This document shows, piece by piece, positions 18,965 to 28,505 of a DNA stretch of 64,000 nucleotides. The DNA lies in the IMG/VR virus record IMGVR_UViG_3300028800_000070, one strand, 5' to 3'. The translations under genes and the position numbers were made by a program. The notes beneath the pieces were generated by a model. The model was given only the letters and a program-made list of their open reading frames with translations. It made no database searches and was not told where the DNA came from. Position 1 is the stretch's first letter; each line of letters starts with the position of its first letter. Origin of the DNA: an uncultured virus (IMG/VR IMGVR_UViG_3300028800_000070). Taxonomy: Duplodnaviria > Heunggongvirae > Uroviricota > Caudoviricetes.

Positions 18965-20101
18965 TTATACTATTTGTAAATCATTAGCGATAATAGGTTG
19001 ATTAATAGTTTGAGGTAAAAGAGAAGAAGTTAAAGCTCCAGGAATATAAGCAACAATTATCCCACACTCATATAAACTAACCGTTGTAACAGTAGTTGAA
19101 GTAATTTCTCCAATATCTGAGCCAGTACCAGCAGGATAAGTACTTGATCCAGCAATTTGTCTAAAAATTTTTCCGGATGTTGTTATAGAAATATTCGTTG
19201 AAACACCATTGACAATAATTTTTCCTGTTTCAGCAATAAGGGCTTTAGTAAAAACCCATCCCATGTAATCAACAATAGTAGATCCTGCAATATTAATATC
19301 TCCTACCGATTGTCCTTCAATATTATATTCTTCAGTTATTGCAGAACCGGCAGAAGTAATAGACCACCCATTTGTTGCGCTCTCTGGCCTCTCATTTTCT
19401 TGAGGAGTATGACCTGATCCATAACCGCTTCCGCCTGATCCAACTTGGGTAGTAAATCCAATCGTTGTGCCATTAGTGAAAGGTCGTTTTGCTGTTACCC
19501 AAATATTGCCAGGATCAGTAAGGGCAGTAGAATTGTCAACGTAATGATCACTCGTTCGCAAGTCCATACCCGCATTTGTGCCAGGATTGCCAATAATAAA
19601 ATCAGCAGAAGTAATATTGGCAAGTGTAGCGTTTGTTACTGTAATACTGATCGTCCCATTAACAAATATCTTCAAGGTATTAACACTACCAGAAGTGATC
19701 GTCCATGCAATAGAAATTCGATTCCACGCGCCTGTTGCTAATGTTGCTCCGTTACTTCCTATTTGACTAAGGGCAGAATTTAGCAATTGCAATGCACCGC
19801 CAGTACTCAACCCCAAACCAAAAACAACGGCTCCGTCTCCTGTTTGTTCAGAGGCAAAGAAGACTCCCGTTGAACCTGTCGGAAGTGCATTGAAATATGC
19901 CCAGAAGCTTATTCTTCCTCCCGCATCGGTAACAAAATTAGATCCAATAAGATAATCCTGATTTGCTGCTCGATATTTCATGGATTTAATATGCCCACCA
20001 TGAACAAAATCAGTAGCCACAGCAGGAGAACCTTGTGCAGCAGGCCATATATTTGTATCAAACGTTGCGTCTCCCCCTGGTTCTAAAAATTGTGTTGCCA
20101 T
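18965..20101 (-). CDS. LamG/concanavalin-like fibre or appendage protein
   Basis: ISFW...LATGAWNRISI...IFVNG; homolog of 51380..52624. Confidence 0.6.
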   Translation of the reverse strand: MATQFLEPGGDATFDTNIWPAAQGSPAVATDFVHGGHIKSMKYRAANQDYLIGSNFVTDAGGRISFWAYFNALPTGSTGVFFASEQTGDGAVVFGLGLSTGGALQLLNSALSQIGSNGATLATGAWNRISIAWTITSGSVNTLKIFVNGTISITVTNATLANITSADFIIGNPGTNAGMDLRTSDHYVDNSTALTDPGNIWVTAKRPFTNGTTIGFTTQVGSGGSGYGSGHTPQENERPESATNGWSITSAGSAITEEYNIEGQSVGDINIAGSTIVDYMGWVFTKALIAETGKIIVNGVSTNISITTSGKIFRQIAGSSTYPAGTGSDIGEITSTTVTTVSLYECGIIVAYIPGALTSSLLPQTINQPIIANDLQIV

Positions 20102-20103
20102 AA

Positions 20104-21291
20104 TTAAAAGGTTCGTATATTAGTATTGATAATTGGTTGTGGTTTATCACCGCCAGTATAGGTTGGGATGGCAACAAGAGGAGCTGTATATGTTACATAA
20201 ATTGAGCGTATACTGTTATCAGATGCAGGTGTGAAATTGGCCGGAGTTGTAAAGCTTTGACCAATCACATGTTCACCCGCTCCGGTTGAAGTATCAAGAT
20301 ATTCACCTGGCGCACCACCTGAACCTGAAGCAATCCTAAGAACCATATAACTTACTCCATTTGACATTACCGGCTGATTTGGAGCTGTCCATGTTCCCTG
20401 TTCCCAAGCCGCACCACCAAACGGCACATTGTAAGTATTACTTATTCCATTTATTAAAAGATTACCACTACTGTCCGAAATAATTCCTTTTTGCGTAGCT
20501 CCACTATTATTATTATTTTGATAAGAATTTATATTTATAATAGTTCCTGCCGGTGCTGAAACCGGTGAAAGACCATAATATTGATTAGTATTTGTAACGG
20601 AAATGTTTGTTCCGCCGATCGTTGTATATCCGAATGTAGGATCAACAATAATCGGATATAATGCAGAATTTAAAAAGTCTTGAGGAATAACAATTGAGAG
20701 AATTTGTGAATCTTCATTAATTTTAATATCGCAATATACTTGTTTCCCATTTGCATCATGAGCAATCGGTCTATAAATATGAAATGCTTTTCCTGCAGCA
20801 TAATGCTTACCACCTAAAGCTCTTTGATCTCCTGATTGTATCTTATGATAGACGGCATATGAACCTTCTACATTTTCCGGTCTATTCTCTCCCAAAAGTT
20901 TCTCTTTAGAAGTTAAAGGTAATTGATAAAAGAAATTAAGTCCTTTTGTTTGAATACTCAGTTCAATAATATTAATTTGAGGTTTTTCTTTCAATAAAAT
21001 TTCAAATTCATGACCCCGCTTATCATCATCCGCATACAAATCTTCTCGTGGATAAAAATGGGCTTCTACAGTTCCCTTTTTCCATTTAATGATATCTCCA
21101 TTTTGTTCTATTTGTCCTTTTTCCGGTTCATCATCAATTACTCCTACTGAGAAATTAACTTCATTATCCCATTTCTTTATTTTCATTCGAGGATGGAATT
21201 TATCTTGCTTTGCATCTCCTACTTCTATCTCCAAATCGCCGTGTGGATGAGGAACTGTTAAGCCATATGTTGTAGAGTTTATGTTTTGCAT
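20104..21291 (-). CDS. putative structural protein
   Basis: RPENVEGSYAVY...YPIIVDPTFGY then a beta-rich domain. Confidence 0.55.
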   Translation of the reverse strand: MQNINSTTYGLTVPHPHGDLEIEVGDAKQDKFHPRMKIKKWDNEVNFSVGVIDDEPEKGQIEQNGDIIKWKKGTVEAHFYPREDLYADDDKRGHEFEILLKEKPQINIIELSIQTKGLNFFYQLPLTSKEKLLGENRPENVEGSYAVYHKIQSGDQRALGGKHYAAGKAFHIYRPIAHDANGKQVYCDIKINEDSQILSIVIPQDFLNSALYPIIVDPTFGYTTIGGTNISVTNTNQYYGLSPVSAPAGTIININSYQNNNNSGATQKGIISDSSGNLLINGISNTYNVPFGGAAWEQGTWTAPNQPVMSNGVSYMVLRIASGSGGAPGEYLDTSTGAGEHVIGQSFTTPANFTPASDNSIRSIYVTYTAPLVAIPTYTGGDKPQPIINTNIRTF

Positions 21292-21292
21292 A

Positions 21293-21586
21293 TTATTTCC
21301 TTAAAAATATTCCTACATTCGGATTATAAATATAATCATTACTAATTGACTCCATACCTTCTGAAAAAGGAACGCATCCTTTACTTGTTTTCTGCCAGTT
21401 TCTTTGCAAACATGAACTGCACAAAAGGCCTTTACAGTAGTTACATAAGCCTACATGACGCCCTGAGCCTGGTTGATATGGCCATGTTGCTTGACAATGA
21501 GAGCATTGACGAAATTCAACTTCAATTCGTCTGCCTTGTGCATCTAAAGTTGAACCATAAGCTGAAGGTTTGTTTCCTTTGATCAC
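21293..21586 (-). CDS. small Zn-finger protein, close homolog of 52637..52930
   Basis: CSHC, CNYC, CSSC plus C; leaderless GTG start. Confidence 0.7.
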   Translation of the reverse strand: MIKGNKPSAYGSTLDAQGRRIEVEFRQCSHCQATWPYQPGSGRHVGLCNYCKGLLCSSCLQRNWQKTSKGCVPFSEGMESISNDYIYNPNVGIFLRK

Positions 21587-21612
21587 AAAGAAATTATATC
21601 ACAAAGAGGAGA

Positions 21613-22104
21613 CTATTCATCCCACGAGGCACTTGCATAAAATACGTCAGTTCCCTGAGCATACAGATAAGATAAGAAGATATTGTAAAGTGTTGTTGGT
21701 GCAATCGTCAATTCTCCACCAGGAACTGCAACCCAACGATAGCCTGCACGTTCATTGAAACCTACTGAGAGAAGAACTGAATTTGACACAAGTGATCCCG
21801 CGACGGTTGAAACGGTATAACAGGTTGCACCAGCGGCCACAGCATTCAATCCAACAAGAGGGGCAGAAGTAATCGTATTTGTCCATGTACCTTTAGTTGT
21901 TTGACGCTGCCATTGTACCTGGTAGTTATTATCCGCGGCTGCTCCACCCGGTGAGATTTCCCACTCATAGAGCTTAATGTCTTTAACCGTTGCACCTTGA
22001 GCTACCTGGATAATACCTGCCGCAGCGGTTGTAGAAGATGCTGCACCGGCTGAACCTGCACCGGTATACTTAGCAAAACGTGGAAGTAATCTTGTAAATT
22101 TCAT
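21613..22104 (-). CDS. putative structural protein with RLLPRF leader, close homolog of 52965..53498
   Basis: Very similar to the homolog from AKYTG onward. Confidence 0.7.
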   Translation of the reverse strand: MKFTRLLPRFAKYTGAGSAGAASSTTAAAGIIQVAQGATVKDIKLYEWEISPGGAAADNNYQVQWQRQTTKGTWTNTITSAPLVGLNAVAAGATCYTVSTVAGSLVSNSVLLSVGFNERAGYRWVAVPGGELTIAPTTLYNIFLSYLYAQGTDVFYASASWDE

Positions 22105-22147
22105 ATAAAAAGCTCCCCTTTGGGAGCTATGTGCTGTAGATATTATA
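22105..22147 (-). promoter_or_regulatory. -10 box plus ACAUA-hairpin/U-tract leader (copy 4)
   Basis: TATAAT atctac AGCACATAGCTCCCAAAGGGGAGCT TTTT AT ATG. Confidence 0.75.
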
Positions 22148-22150
22148 TAA

Positions 22151-22681
22151 CTAAACGAGAAGATATGTCAACCAGCCACCTACATTTGTAGCACCTGAAA
22201 GATTAAGAACAAGCGCGTTTCCCGAGGATGTTTGGAAATTACCAACAGGAGCAAAAGGAATCTGTACACCTGAATTAGAGACAAAGTTCATCGTTCCTGT
22301 TATCCCACTTCCTCCCGCGCCATCAGTAAATTTAACATTAACTGAACCCGATGCTACAATTGCTCCTGATAATACCCGTATTCTCTTTCCTCCTGTTGCT
22401 GAAATAATCGTATTATCTCCATTTGATGCTGCCGCGACTGGAGTAAAAAGAGGGGTAAGAGGAGTAATTCCGTTATAGATAGTCGATGTTTCCTCAGAGC
22501 CTCCCGTTATCGGATTGCCGCTTCCATCAACACTAGTAACAACTGCCGCTTCAAGAGACCCTACAGTAAGTCCTGATACTCCCATTCCTAATTGAGTAAC
22601 ACTATCGAGGACTAAGATTGTCCAATGCCTATTATCATCAGGCGGCCCATTTCGATTGTAGCGTGGTAAAAGTCTGTCCAT
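22151..22681 (-). CDS. putative structural protein with RLLPRY leader, homolog of 54209..54682
   Basis: AASNGDNT.I...KFTDGA...LVLNLSGA..VGG shared; leaderless start 22681. Confidence 0.7.
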   Translation of the reverse strand: MDRLLPRYNRNGPPDDNRHWTILVLDSVTQLGMGVSGLTVGSLEAAVVTSVDGSGNPITGGSEETSTIYNGITPLTPLFTPVAAASNGDNTIISATGGKRIRVLSGAIVASGSVNVKFTDGAGGSGITGTMNFVSNSGVQIPFAPVGNFQTSSGNALVLNLSGATNVGGWLTYLLV

Positions 22682-22693
22682 AAACATATTATA

Positions 22694-23320
22694 TTATTCT
22701 TCTTTATCTAATGCTAGCTGTCTTTCGCGGTTGGTAATACGGTCTTCTCTAAGATCAAGCTTCTTCTTTCGTTCCCCATCAATCGCAGCTGATCTTTCAA
22801 TAAGCGATTCTCTCTCGGTTAGTTCTTTTTCTTTCTGACTAAATCCTTCAATAACTTTTAGCTTTTTATCAAGATTTCCTTGCTCTGCTACCGCGTCAAG
22901 CTTCTTTTGTTCCCATATATCTTTCTCTTTTTGTATTTCGATAAGGATATTCTTATTTTCTTCTAATTCCCTTGTCTTAATCCGTATCTCAATATTGGCT
23001 TGGTCAATATATTTTCTTTCCTGTATAATTGCGCTTTCCTTAAGCGTTAGTTCATGCTCAGTTTGTGATAAATCCTGTTGTCGCTTAAGCATCTTTTGCT
23101 CAACTGTTTGTAAATAACGGATTTTAGCATCATAGGAAGTAAGACTATGGATATATGATTCAAGCAGTTTATAAAGATTTTCATATGCCTGCTGAATCGA
23201 TGTCAGATTCTTTGCTCTTGCAGCAATTTCTTCCTCGTCATCACCAGGCACAATGGTAGGGAATTTGGAGAAGTCAAGAGATTTAGGAGTATTTTGGAAT
23301 TTAGCAAGGTCAATATTCAT
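22694..23320 (-). CDS. coiled-coil protein
   Basis: Long E/K/R heptad region. Confidence 0.6.
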   Translation of the reverse strand: MNIDLAKFQNTPKSLDFSKFPTIVPGDDEEEIAARAKNLTSIQQAYENLYKLLESYIHSLTSYDAKIRYLQTVEQKMLKRQQDLSQTEHELTLKESAIIQERKYIDQANIEIRIKTRELEENKNILIEIQKEKDIWEQKKLDAVAEQGNLDKKLKVIEGFSQKEKELTERESLIERSAAIDGERKKKLDLREDRITNRERQLALDKEE

Positions 23321-23601
23321 AGTTTTACAAAGATTTTATCAAGCGCATTTTGGTATCTTGTTTCGTAGTGCAATCTAATTGGCCCGTCTTTCGTTATTTC
23401 AACCGTATTCTCCAAAGCAATCTTTTGTGCTAAATGCTTAGCCAAATGCCGTGCTATATATGCAGGAAAAGTAACGAGACCTCTTGAAGGCATTGTATAT
23501 TGTATTTGCATATTCTCATCATTCGTAAGAGGATAAGTAAAATCGCTTTTTAATGGATTATAGATAAGCGTTGGGGTTTCGTCTCGCGTAGTGGGAATCA
23601 T
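23317..23601 (-). CDS. hypothetical; resembles the N-terminal domain of 24400..25083
   Basis: YNPL..DF.Y versus YNPL..PF.F followed by an amphipathic helix. Confidence 0.55.
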   Translation of the reverse strand: MIPTTRDETPTLIYNPLKSDFTYPLTNDENMQIQYTMPSRGLVTFPAYIARHLAKHLAQKIALENTVEITKDGPIRLHYETRYQNALDKIFVKL

Positions 23602-23620
23602 GCTAAAGCATTCCTTTCAT

Positions 23621-24103
23621 TCATACTTTGTTTCTAAATACAGGAAGGTTTCTGTATAAGAGACATGTTTTTTCTATTCCATCTTTCGGATCAACATCTT
23701 TTGAATACCCATATTGAGCATCATTCTTCGCGAGGTTTGGATCAAGTTTCTTCTCAAGTATTTTAAAATCCTGGCTTGAGACATAGAAGGCTTTTGTTTG
23801 TTCATTCCAAATCTTATCAAGATCCTCATGTATTTCGCGTGAAGTTCTTAAATGAAAATAAGTTGGTTCAGGTTTATCGGGATGTTGACCGGCTTGTATC
23901 TCAAGCTGGAAATATAGGTCTTCAATCAGTCCCTCTAATCGTTCAATTTGTTGACACGACAGCATGAGGATAGTTAGCATTTGTTTTCTTGACCATCCTG
24001 CTTTATCAATAAGATCAACGTATTGTTCCCATTGACTTGGTGGAATAAAGACATCAAATGCTTGACTGACTTTCTGTCTGATTGGTTCTTTTATATGTGC
24101 CAT
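23621..24103 (-). CDS. hypothetical protein
   Basis: 160-aa ORF in the late cluster. Confidence 0.55.
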   Translation of the reverse strand: MAHIKEPIRQKVSQAFDVFIPPSQWEQYVDLIDKAGWSRKQMLTILMLSCQQIERLEGLIEDLYFQLEIQAGQHPDKPEPTYFHLRTSREIHEDLDKIWNEQTKAFYVSSQDFKILEKKLDPNLAKNDAQYGYSKDVDPKDGIEKTCLLYRNLPVFRNKV

Positions 24104-24106
24104 AAA

Positions 24107-24256
24107 TTAAGCTCTAAAGTAAAAGCGTTTTCCCCATCCGATGAAAACAAAATCAGCTAACAATGCAATAATTAATCCTATAAAGGGAGTATCGCCAAGA
24201 GCCAATGCCGTATGTCCTGAATTAAAAAATGTAATCGCCCAAATAACAGTAAACAT
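24107..24256 (-). CDS. small hydrophobic protein
   Basis: Hand-translated 49 aa MFTVIWAITFF...; SD-like GGGGAG upstream. Confidence 0.45.
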   Translation of the reverse strand: MFTVIWAITFFNSGHTALALGDTPFIGLIIALLADFVFIGWGKRFYFRA

Positions 24257-24257
24257 A

Positions 24258-24398
24258 TTAAATCACTCCCCTTCTATGTAAAAGATAAAGTATTATTGCA
24301 ATAATTAATAATGTCAATGGATAAATATTCCCAAGAATAAATGTCCCTACAACCCCGAAGAGAATTAAAAGAATAACGATAAATAAAATCAAATCCAT
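24258..24398 (-). CDS. small two-TM membrane protein
   Basis: Hand-translated 46 aa MDLILFIVILLILFGVVG...LLHRRGVI. Confidence 0.5.
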   Translation of the reverse strand: MDLILFIVILLILFGVVGTFILGNIYPLTLLIIAIILYLLHRRGVI

Positions 24399-24399
24399 A

Positions 24400-25083
24400 T
24401 TATGCTGAGACCTCCTTTACGAGATCCTCTTTCTTAATATGCACTTTTTCTGTACGGATTTGTGTAAGAGGTTTTTCTTCAGGCTGCTCTCCCATTGCAA
24501 GCTTCTCGATAGCTGCGGTATCTACTGGAGGGGTAATAGGAGCCGCTTTCTGGTGCTCAGAAGCTACTCTATCCATAAAACCTGCCAGAACCCTATCGTG
24601 AACAGGTGCGAAGTCTTGTGGTAAGTCTCGCTGTATCTGTTCAGGCTCTGGCTCTTCAAGGCCAAACTCTTCAACCAGGCCAATAATAACAATATTCGCC
24701 ACTTGATTGACCAACTCAGGATCATTGACTTTTGGTACTCTATCCCATATTTGCACATTCTCCTCATAATGATCCATGAACTGTTGTCCAAATTGCTTTT
24801 TCCTCAACGTCATTAGCTCATTACCTTTTGCGGCAATTTGTTCATTAATCATCTCATTACTGATTGCCCGAAGAAAGGCACGCATTAGGAACTTTTCAAA
24901 ATTCTTGTAGGATTTAGCAGGAACGGAATGCCAATAGCGGTTATACATAAAGCGGAAGGGACGATCTAAGGGATTGTAGACTTGCCAGAGATCATGGGAA
25001 GAACGCTCGACTTCACGACGGGCTATTTCCATCTCCATAGCTACTCGTTGCTTTAATTCTTCTCCTGAGAGTGGGACTGGCAT
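24400..25083 (-). CDS. hypothetical protein
   Basis: 227-aa ORF. Confidence 0.6.
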   Translation of the reverse strand: MPVPLSGEELKQRVAMEMEIARREVERSSHDLWQVYNPLDRPFRFMYNRYWHSVPAKSYKNFEKFLMRAFLRAISNEMINEQIAAKGNELMTLRKKQFGQQFMDHYEENVQIWDRVPKVNDPELVNQVANIVIIGLVEEFGLEEPEPEQIQRDLPQDFAPVHDRVLAGFMDRVASEHQKAAPITPPVDTAAIEKLAMGEQPEEKPLTQIRTEKVHIKKEDLVKEVSA

Positions 25084-25084
25084 A

Positions 25085-25495
25085 TTAGTTAATAGGCTTT
25101 CTTATTCCTGAAATTTTACCAATATTATTTACTTCACTTACTTTAGGCTGCTCAGTAGCAATTGGCTGTAATTTGAGCATAATAGGACCGAGCATATCGA
25201 AATCCTGTTGTTTTCCCGTAATCTGCGTAAGCATGTTATAGAAACCAAGGATATCTTTTTTCGATAATACTACTTTTTCTTCTTTTGCTACGAACTTTTC
25301 AACTTGGTCAGTAAAAGGTTTAAATACTAGATAATCACCATATTTTTGATTAATGTTTTTCGTAAGTTCAGCTAAAACGGTCAATTGTTTAACGGTAAAA
25401 TGAAGCGTATGGAGTGTTTCAAGATCTCTCTCAAAAATTTTCTTCTGCTCTTCTTGTTCAGGTGTTAATGGTCTGTTCGGATCGTTTGGATTCAT
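25085..25495 (-). CDS. hypothetical protein
   Basis: Leaderless TGgTATAAT-6nt-ATG. Confidence 0.6.
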   Translation of the reverse strand: MNPNDPNRPLTPEQEEQKKIFERDLETLHTLHFTVKQLTVLAELTKNINQKYGDYLVFKPFTDQVEKFVAKEEKVVLSKKDILGFYNMLTQITGKQQDFDMLGPIMLKLQPIATEQPKVSEVNNIGKISGIRKPIN

Positions 25496-25528
25496 AATAG
25501 TATTATACCATATGAGCAGAAAATGAAG

Positions 25529-25807
25529 TTATTGTGCCGTGCCAGCACGGGAGAAATCAGCAAGTACTGTTAAATCAATCCCCGTGGTTGAAGGAGTAAT
25601 AGTAAAACCTGTTTGAATTGTCCAATATTCATAATATTGTCCTGCTGCTGGATTTGTGATTACCCCTATTACCGGAGAGCCTGTTGTTCCCGTTTCATCA
25701 GATAAAGTAAGCGTACCGGTAAATCCGGTATTTACCTGAATTCTCACCTTTTTTGCTGCCATTGGGATAGCATTTAAAGCTGTTGCGGAAGTGAAATGTA
25801 CATACAT
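25529..25807 (-). CDS. small beta-rich structural protein
   Basis: Thr/Gly-rich, downstream of the capsid genes. Confidence 0.5.
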   Translation of the reverse strand: MYVHFTSATALNAIPMAAKKVRIQVNTGFTGTLTLSDETGTTGSPVIGVITNPAAGQYYEYWTIQTGFTITPSTTGIDLTVLADFSRAGTAQ

Positions 25808-25810
25808 AGA

Positions 25811-26338
25811 TTAAGCCGTACGTGTAAAGACGTATGCGGTTGCAGAAGAAAACATTAGAGTAAATCTACCAACACCGGTTATACCCGATGCAACAGTTAA
25901 TTGACCAAATGAAGCTGCTGTCGTATTTGCAGCATCTGATTTAATACCATTTGTTGCAACTGCCATAGTAACCGTATTTGCTCCCGCTGTATTATCAATA
26001 TAGAGATCAAAGACAGTCCCTTGCGTTGCTCCCAGTGCTGCTCCCAAAAGTGTACCTGTCGGAAGTGTCATGGTAACAGGTGATGCAGACGTTGAAGTGA
26101 TATATCCTGCCGCTACCTGGGCTACCGTAAGAGTTCCGGTAGCGTTCATCGCAACAGGAGTAAACGCTAACTGTCCTGTATTAAGAATAGGATTTTGGAT
26201 AATTTGCCCTGTAGGAAGAATTAACCCTGACAATCCTGACATATCCAAAGTTTGTCCAAATAAACCAGGAATCAACTTCCGTATATCAAAGTTTCCTACG
26301 TATCTTGGTAATAATCGATTGAATTTAAAGTTATTCAT
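25811..26338 (-). CDS. head decoration/fibre-like protein with RLLPRY leader
   Basis: ITSTSASPVTMTLPTG motif; MNNFKFNRLLPRY start. Confidence 0.6.
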   Translation of the reverse strand: MNNFKFNRLLPRYVGNFDIRKLIPGLFGQTLDMSGLSGLILPTGQIIQNPILNTGQLAFTPVAMNATGTLTVAQVAAGYITSTSASPVTMTLPTGTLLGAALGATQGTVFDLYIDNTAGANTVTMAVATNGIKSDAANTTAASFGQLTVASGITGVGRFTLMFSSATAYVFTRTA

Positions 26339-26359
26339 AGAGCTAATCTCAATAGAGGC

Positions 26360-27280
26360 TTAGTCTATTGAGGAGAATCCTGCAATCCAGTGACCTGATG
26401 CTGCTGGATTAATTGCTACTCCAACCTGTGTACCTGCTGATGTAAACGGATGCAATTGAACTGCTCCTGCTGTACCTGATCCTGTTGAGACTGGAGAACC
26501 TGTTAAGATAGACGTAGCATCTGAGAGCATAGCCGTCATACCGTGAGTCTGTACCCAAGCATATTGTTGTGATGCTTCACTGGTTGTAGTAGCCGCTGTA
26601 CTAGCCGTTGCCGCAAAGAGAGCAAATCCTGTTGGCATAGCGGTCACAGTGGTAGCTATCGATTGAATGACTCCTGACCATGGATTACGTGTCATACTTA
26701 CTTTAGTAGAAGTTGTCCATGCTGTGATTAATGGTCTGTCAAGATAAAGAGTGAGATTCTGTCCCGATGTACCTGTATTGTGACCATTAATCGTATATGC
26801 CCCTCCACCATCCGGAGTTGTGTAAACACTTACTTGACCGTTGACATAATCGCCAAGATTAACAGTTGTTGTTCCGTTAGTAACTGTTGCAGTTTGCTGT
26901 GCGCCTGCTCCTGCAATCGCCGTTGCAAGAACTGCCATATTAGTAAACTGAGAACTATATGCTGCACCTTGTAAAAGATTAGCTTTAACGAGTGCTGTTG
27001 CTCCTACTTTGGCGAGTCTGAACCATTGACCATTAAAGCCTGCTTGATATTGTCCTACCATTGAATCAAGGATTTCAGTACCATTTGAATTAGCATACAA
27101 ATCCATATATGCAATTTCAGGATCTGATGTCAAAGAAGCGTAGCGCGCATTCAAAGCTGAGAAATCAAGTTCTTCAAGTTTTCTATTAGTAATCCAAGCC
27201 AGTTGTTCTTTCATTGTTTGAACCGTTGGATGTACTTGTTTAAAATTGTCTAATGTATGTGTTTGTTCTTTTAAATTCAT
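26360..27280 (-). CDS. putative capsid decoration/cement protein
   Basis: Directly after the MCP; YAWVQTHG; A/T/G-rich. Confidence 0.55.
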   Translation of the reverse strand: MNLKEQTHTLDNFKQVHPTVQTMKEQLAWITNRKLEELDFSALNARYASLTSDPEIAYMDLYANSNGTEILDSMVGQYQAGFNGQWFRLAKVGATALVKANLLQGAAYSSQFTNMAVLATAIAGAGAQQTATVTNGTTTVNLGDYVNGQVSVYTTPDGGGAYTINGHNTGTSGQNLTLYLDRPLITAWTTSTKVSMTRNPWSGVIQSIATTVTAMPTGFALFAATASTAATTTSEASQQYAWVQTHGMTAMLSDATSILTGSPVSTGSGTAGAVQLHPFTSAGTQVGVAINPAASGHWIAGFSSID

Positions 27281-27281
27281 A

Positions 27282-28430
27282 TTAAACTCCTGTAATTGTA
27301 TATCCTACTGATTGACGTCGGAATGATTGTGGAATCATTTGCCCTATGCAATAGAAACGTGCAATTCTTCCTGCTTGATCCGGAATTGACATTGGTTTTT
27401 GATAGAACCATCCATTCCACTCTGAAGGTGCTTCAGTTGCTAATGCTCCTGTTCCTTCATACGCTTCATTTGTACCGAAGTCAACTTTCTCAAGAATTTC
27501 CTCATAATCTTCTGGGACTTCACTTCGGCCTTTCCAGACTAAGTATTTCTCATTAACAAACCAAAGCAAACCTGTTGTTGCGAAGTAATCACGGATAATG
27601 TATGTATCTCGGTATGAGAGTGCATTAAATCCTGCTGCTGATTTCAATTCTCCCACATTACGAGAAGCATATTCATCTCTGGTACGCATTTTGTCATAAC
27701 CAACGTCTCGATATGACTGTCTAACAAAAGGTGTTAAAAGCTGTTCATAGTCAGTAAAGATAGCTGATGGACACCAGCCGACATTTGGTGACTCTTCTGC
27801 TGCTCCCGGAGCAAGCTGTGAGTCATATTGTACTCCCATTGTTGCCAAGGTCAATTTACCTGAAGCGTAAGATGTTCTAACAGATTCGAGTGAGGTATAA
27901 GTAGTTCGTGAAAGTCCCCCAATAGTCGTTGCATTTGTACCATCATCAATAATTGCTGAAAATCCAAGAGGCTGATTAGCCAATCCTAACCCATAAATAG
28001 CTGAACCAAGCGTATTAATTGCTTGTGCTGCTGCTTTCTCATATTTAAAGGTATCAAGATTAATTATCCCAAGTGATCCTACATTAGCGAAGGATTCAAG
28101 CATGATTGAAACGACTGGTTGTGTGTAAGCTGTGTGGGTGTAAACTCCTGAAACAGAAGTAGAAACGGCTGAAGAGTTGAGCGTTTCCAGTGAAGTAAAG
28201 AATTGTCCTTGGGTATCTTGAGCGATATCATAAACAACGTATTCAGCTTTTCCTTGAAATTCACTACCTTGAGAAACGAAACGGGAATAAAGAGCAGGGA
28301 AATTAAGAACTTGGTCTACAACTTTTGTATAGATTTTCTGAAGACCTAACGGATCAACACGTCCTGGAACCGGAATACCGTCATAACGGGGATTAAGTCT
28401 ATTAAATTTTAATACAAGTGTATTTTGCAT
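27282..28430 (-). CDS. major capsid protein (HK97-fold expected)
   Basis: Position after portal and scaffold; KVVDQV, GGLSRTTY, AGFNALSY; 382 aa. Confidence 0.75.
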   Translation of the reverse strand: MQNTLVLKFNRLNPRYDGIPVPGRVDPLGLQKIYTKVVDQVLNFPALYSRFVSQGSEFQGKAEYVVYDIAQDTQGQFFTSLETLNSSAVSTSVSGVYTHTAYTQPVVSIMLESFANVGSLGIINLDTFKYEKAAAQAINTLGSAIYGLGLANQPLGFSAIIDDGTNATTIGGLSRTTYTSLESVRTSYASGKLTLATMGVQYDSQLAPGAAEESPNVGWCPSAIFTDYEQLLTPFVRQSYRDVGYDKMRTRDEYASRNVGELKSAAGFNALSYRDTYIIRDYFATTGLLWFVNEKYLVWKGRSEVPEDYEEILEKVDFGTNEAYEGTGALATEAPSEWNGWFYQKPMSIPDQAGRIARFYCIGQMIPQSFRRQSVGYTITGV

Positions 28431-28499
28431 AAAAAAAGCTCCCCTTCGGGAGCTATGTGCTGTAGATGTATTATATATTGCCTATCTAATTCTTGTCAA
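28431..28499 (-). promoter_or_regulatory. promoter plus ACAUA-hairpin/U-tract leader (copy 5)
   Basis: TTGACA-18nt-TATAAT acatctac AGCACATAGCTCCCGAAGGGGAGCT TTTTTT ATG. Confidence 0.8.
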
Positions 28500-28505
28500 C
28501 AGGTA

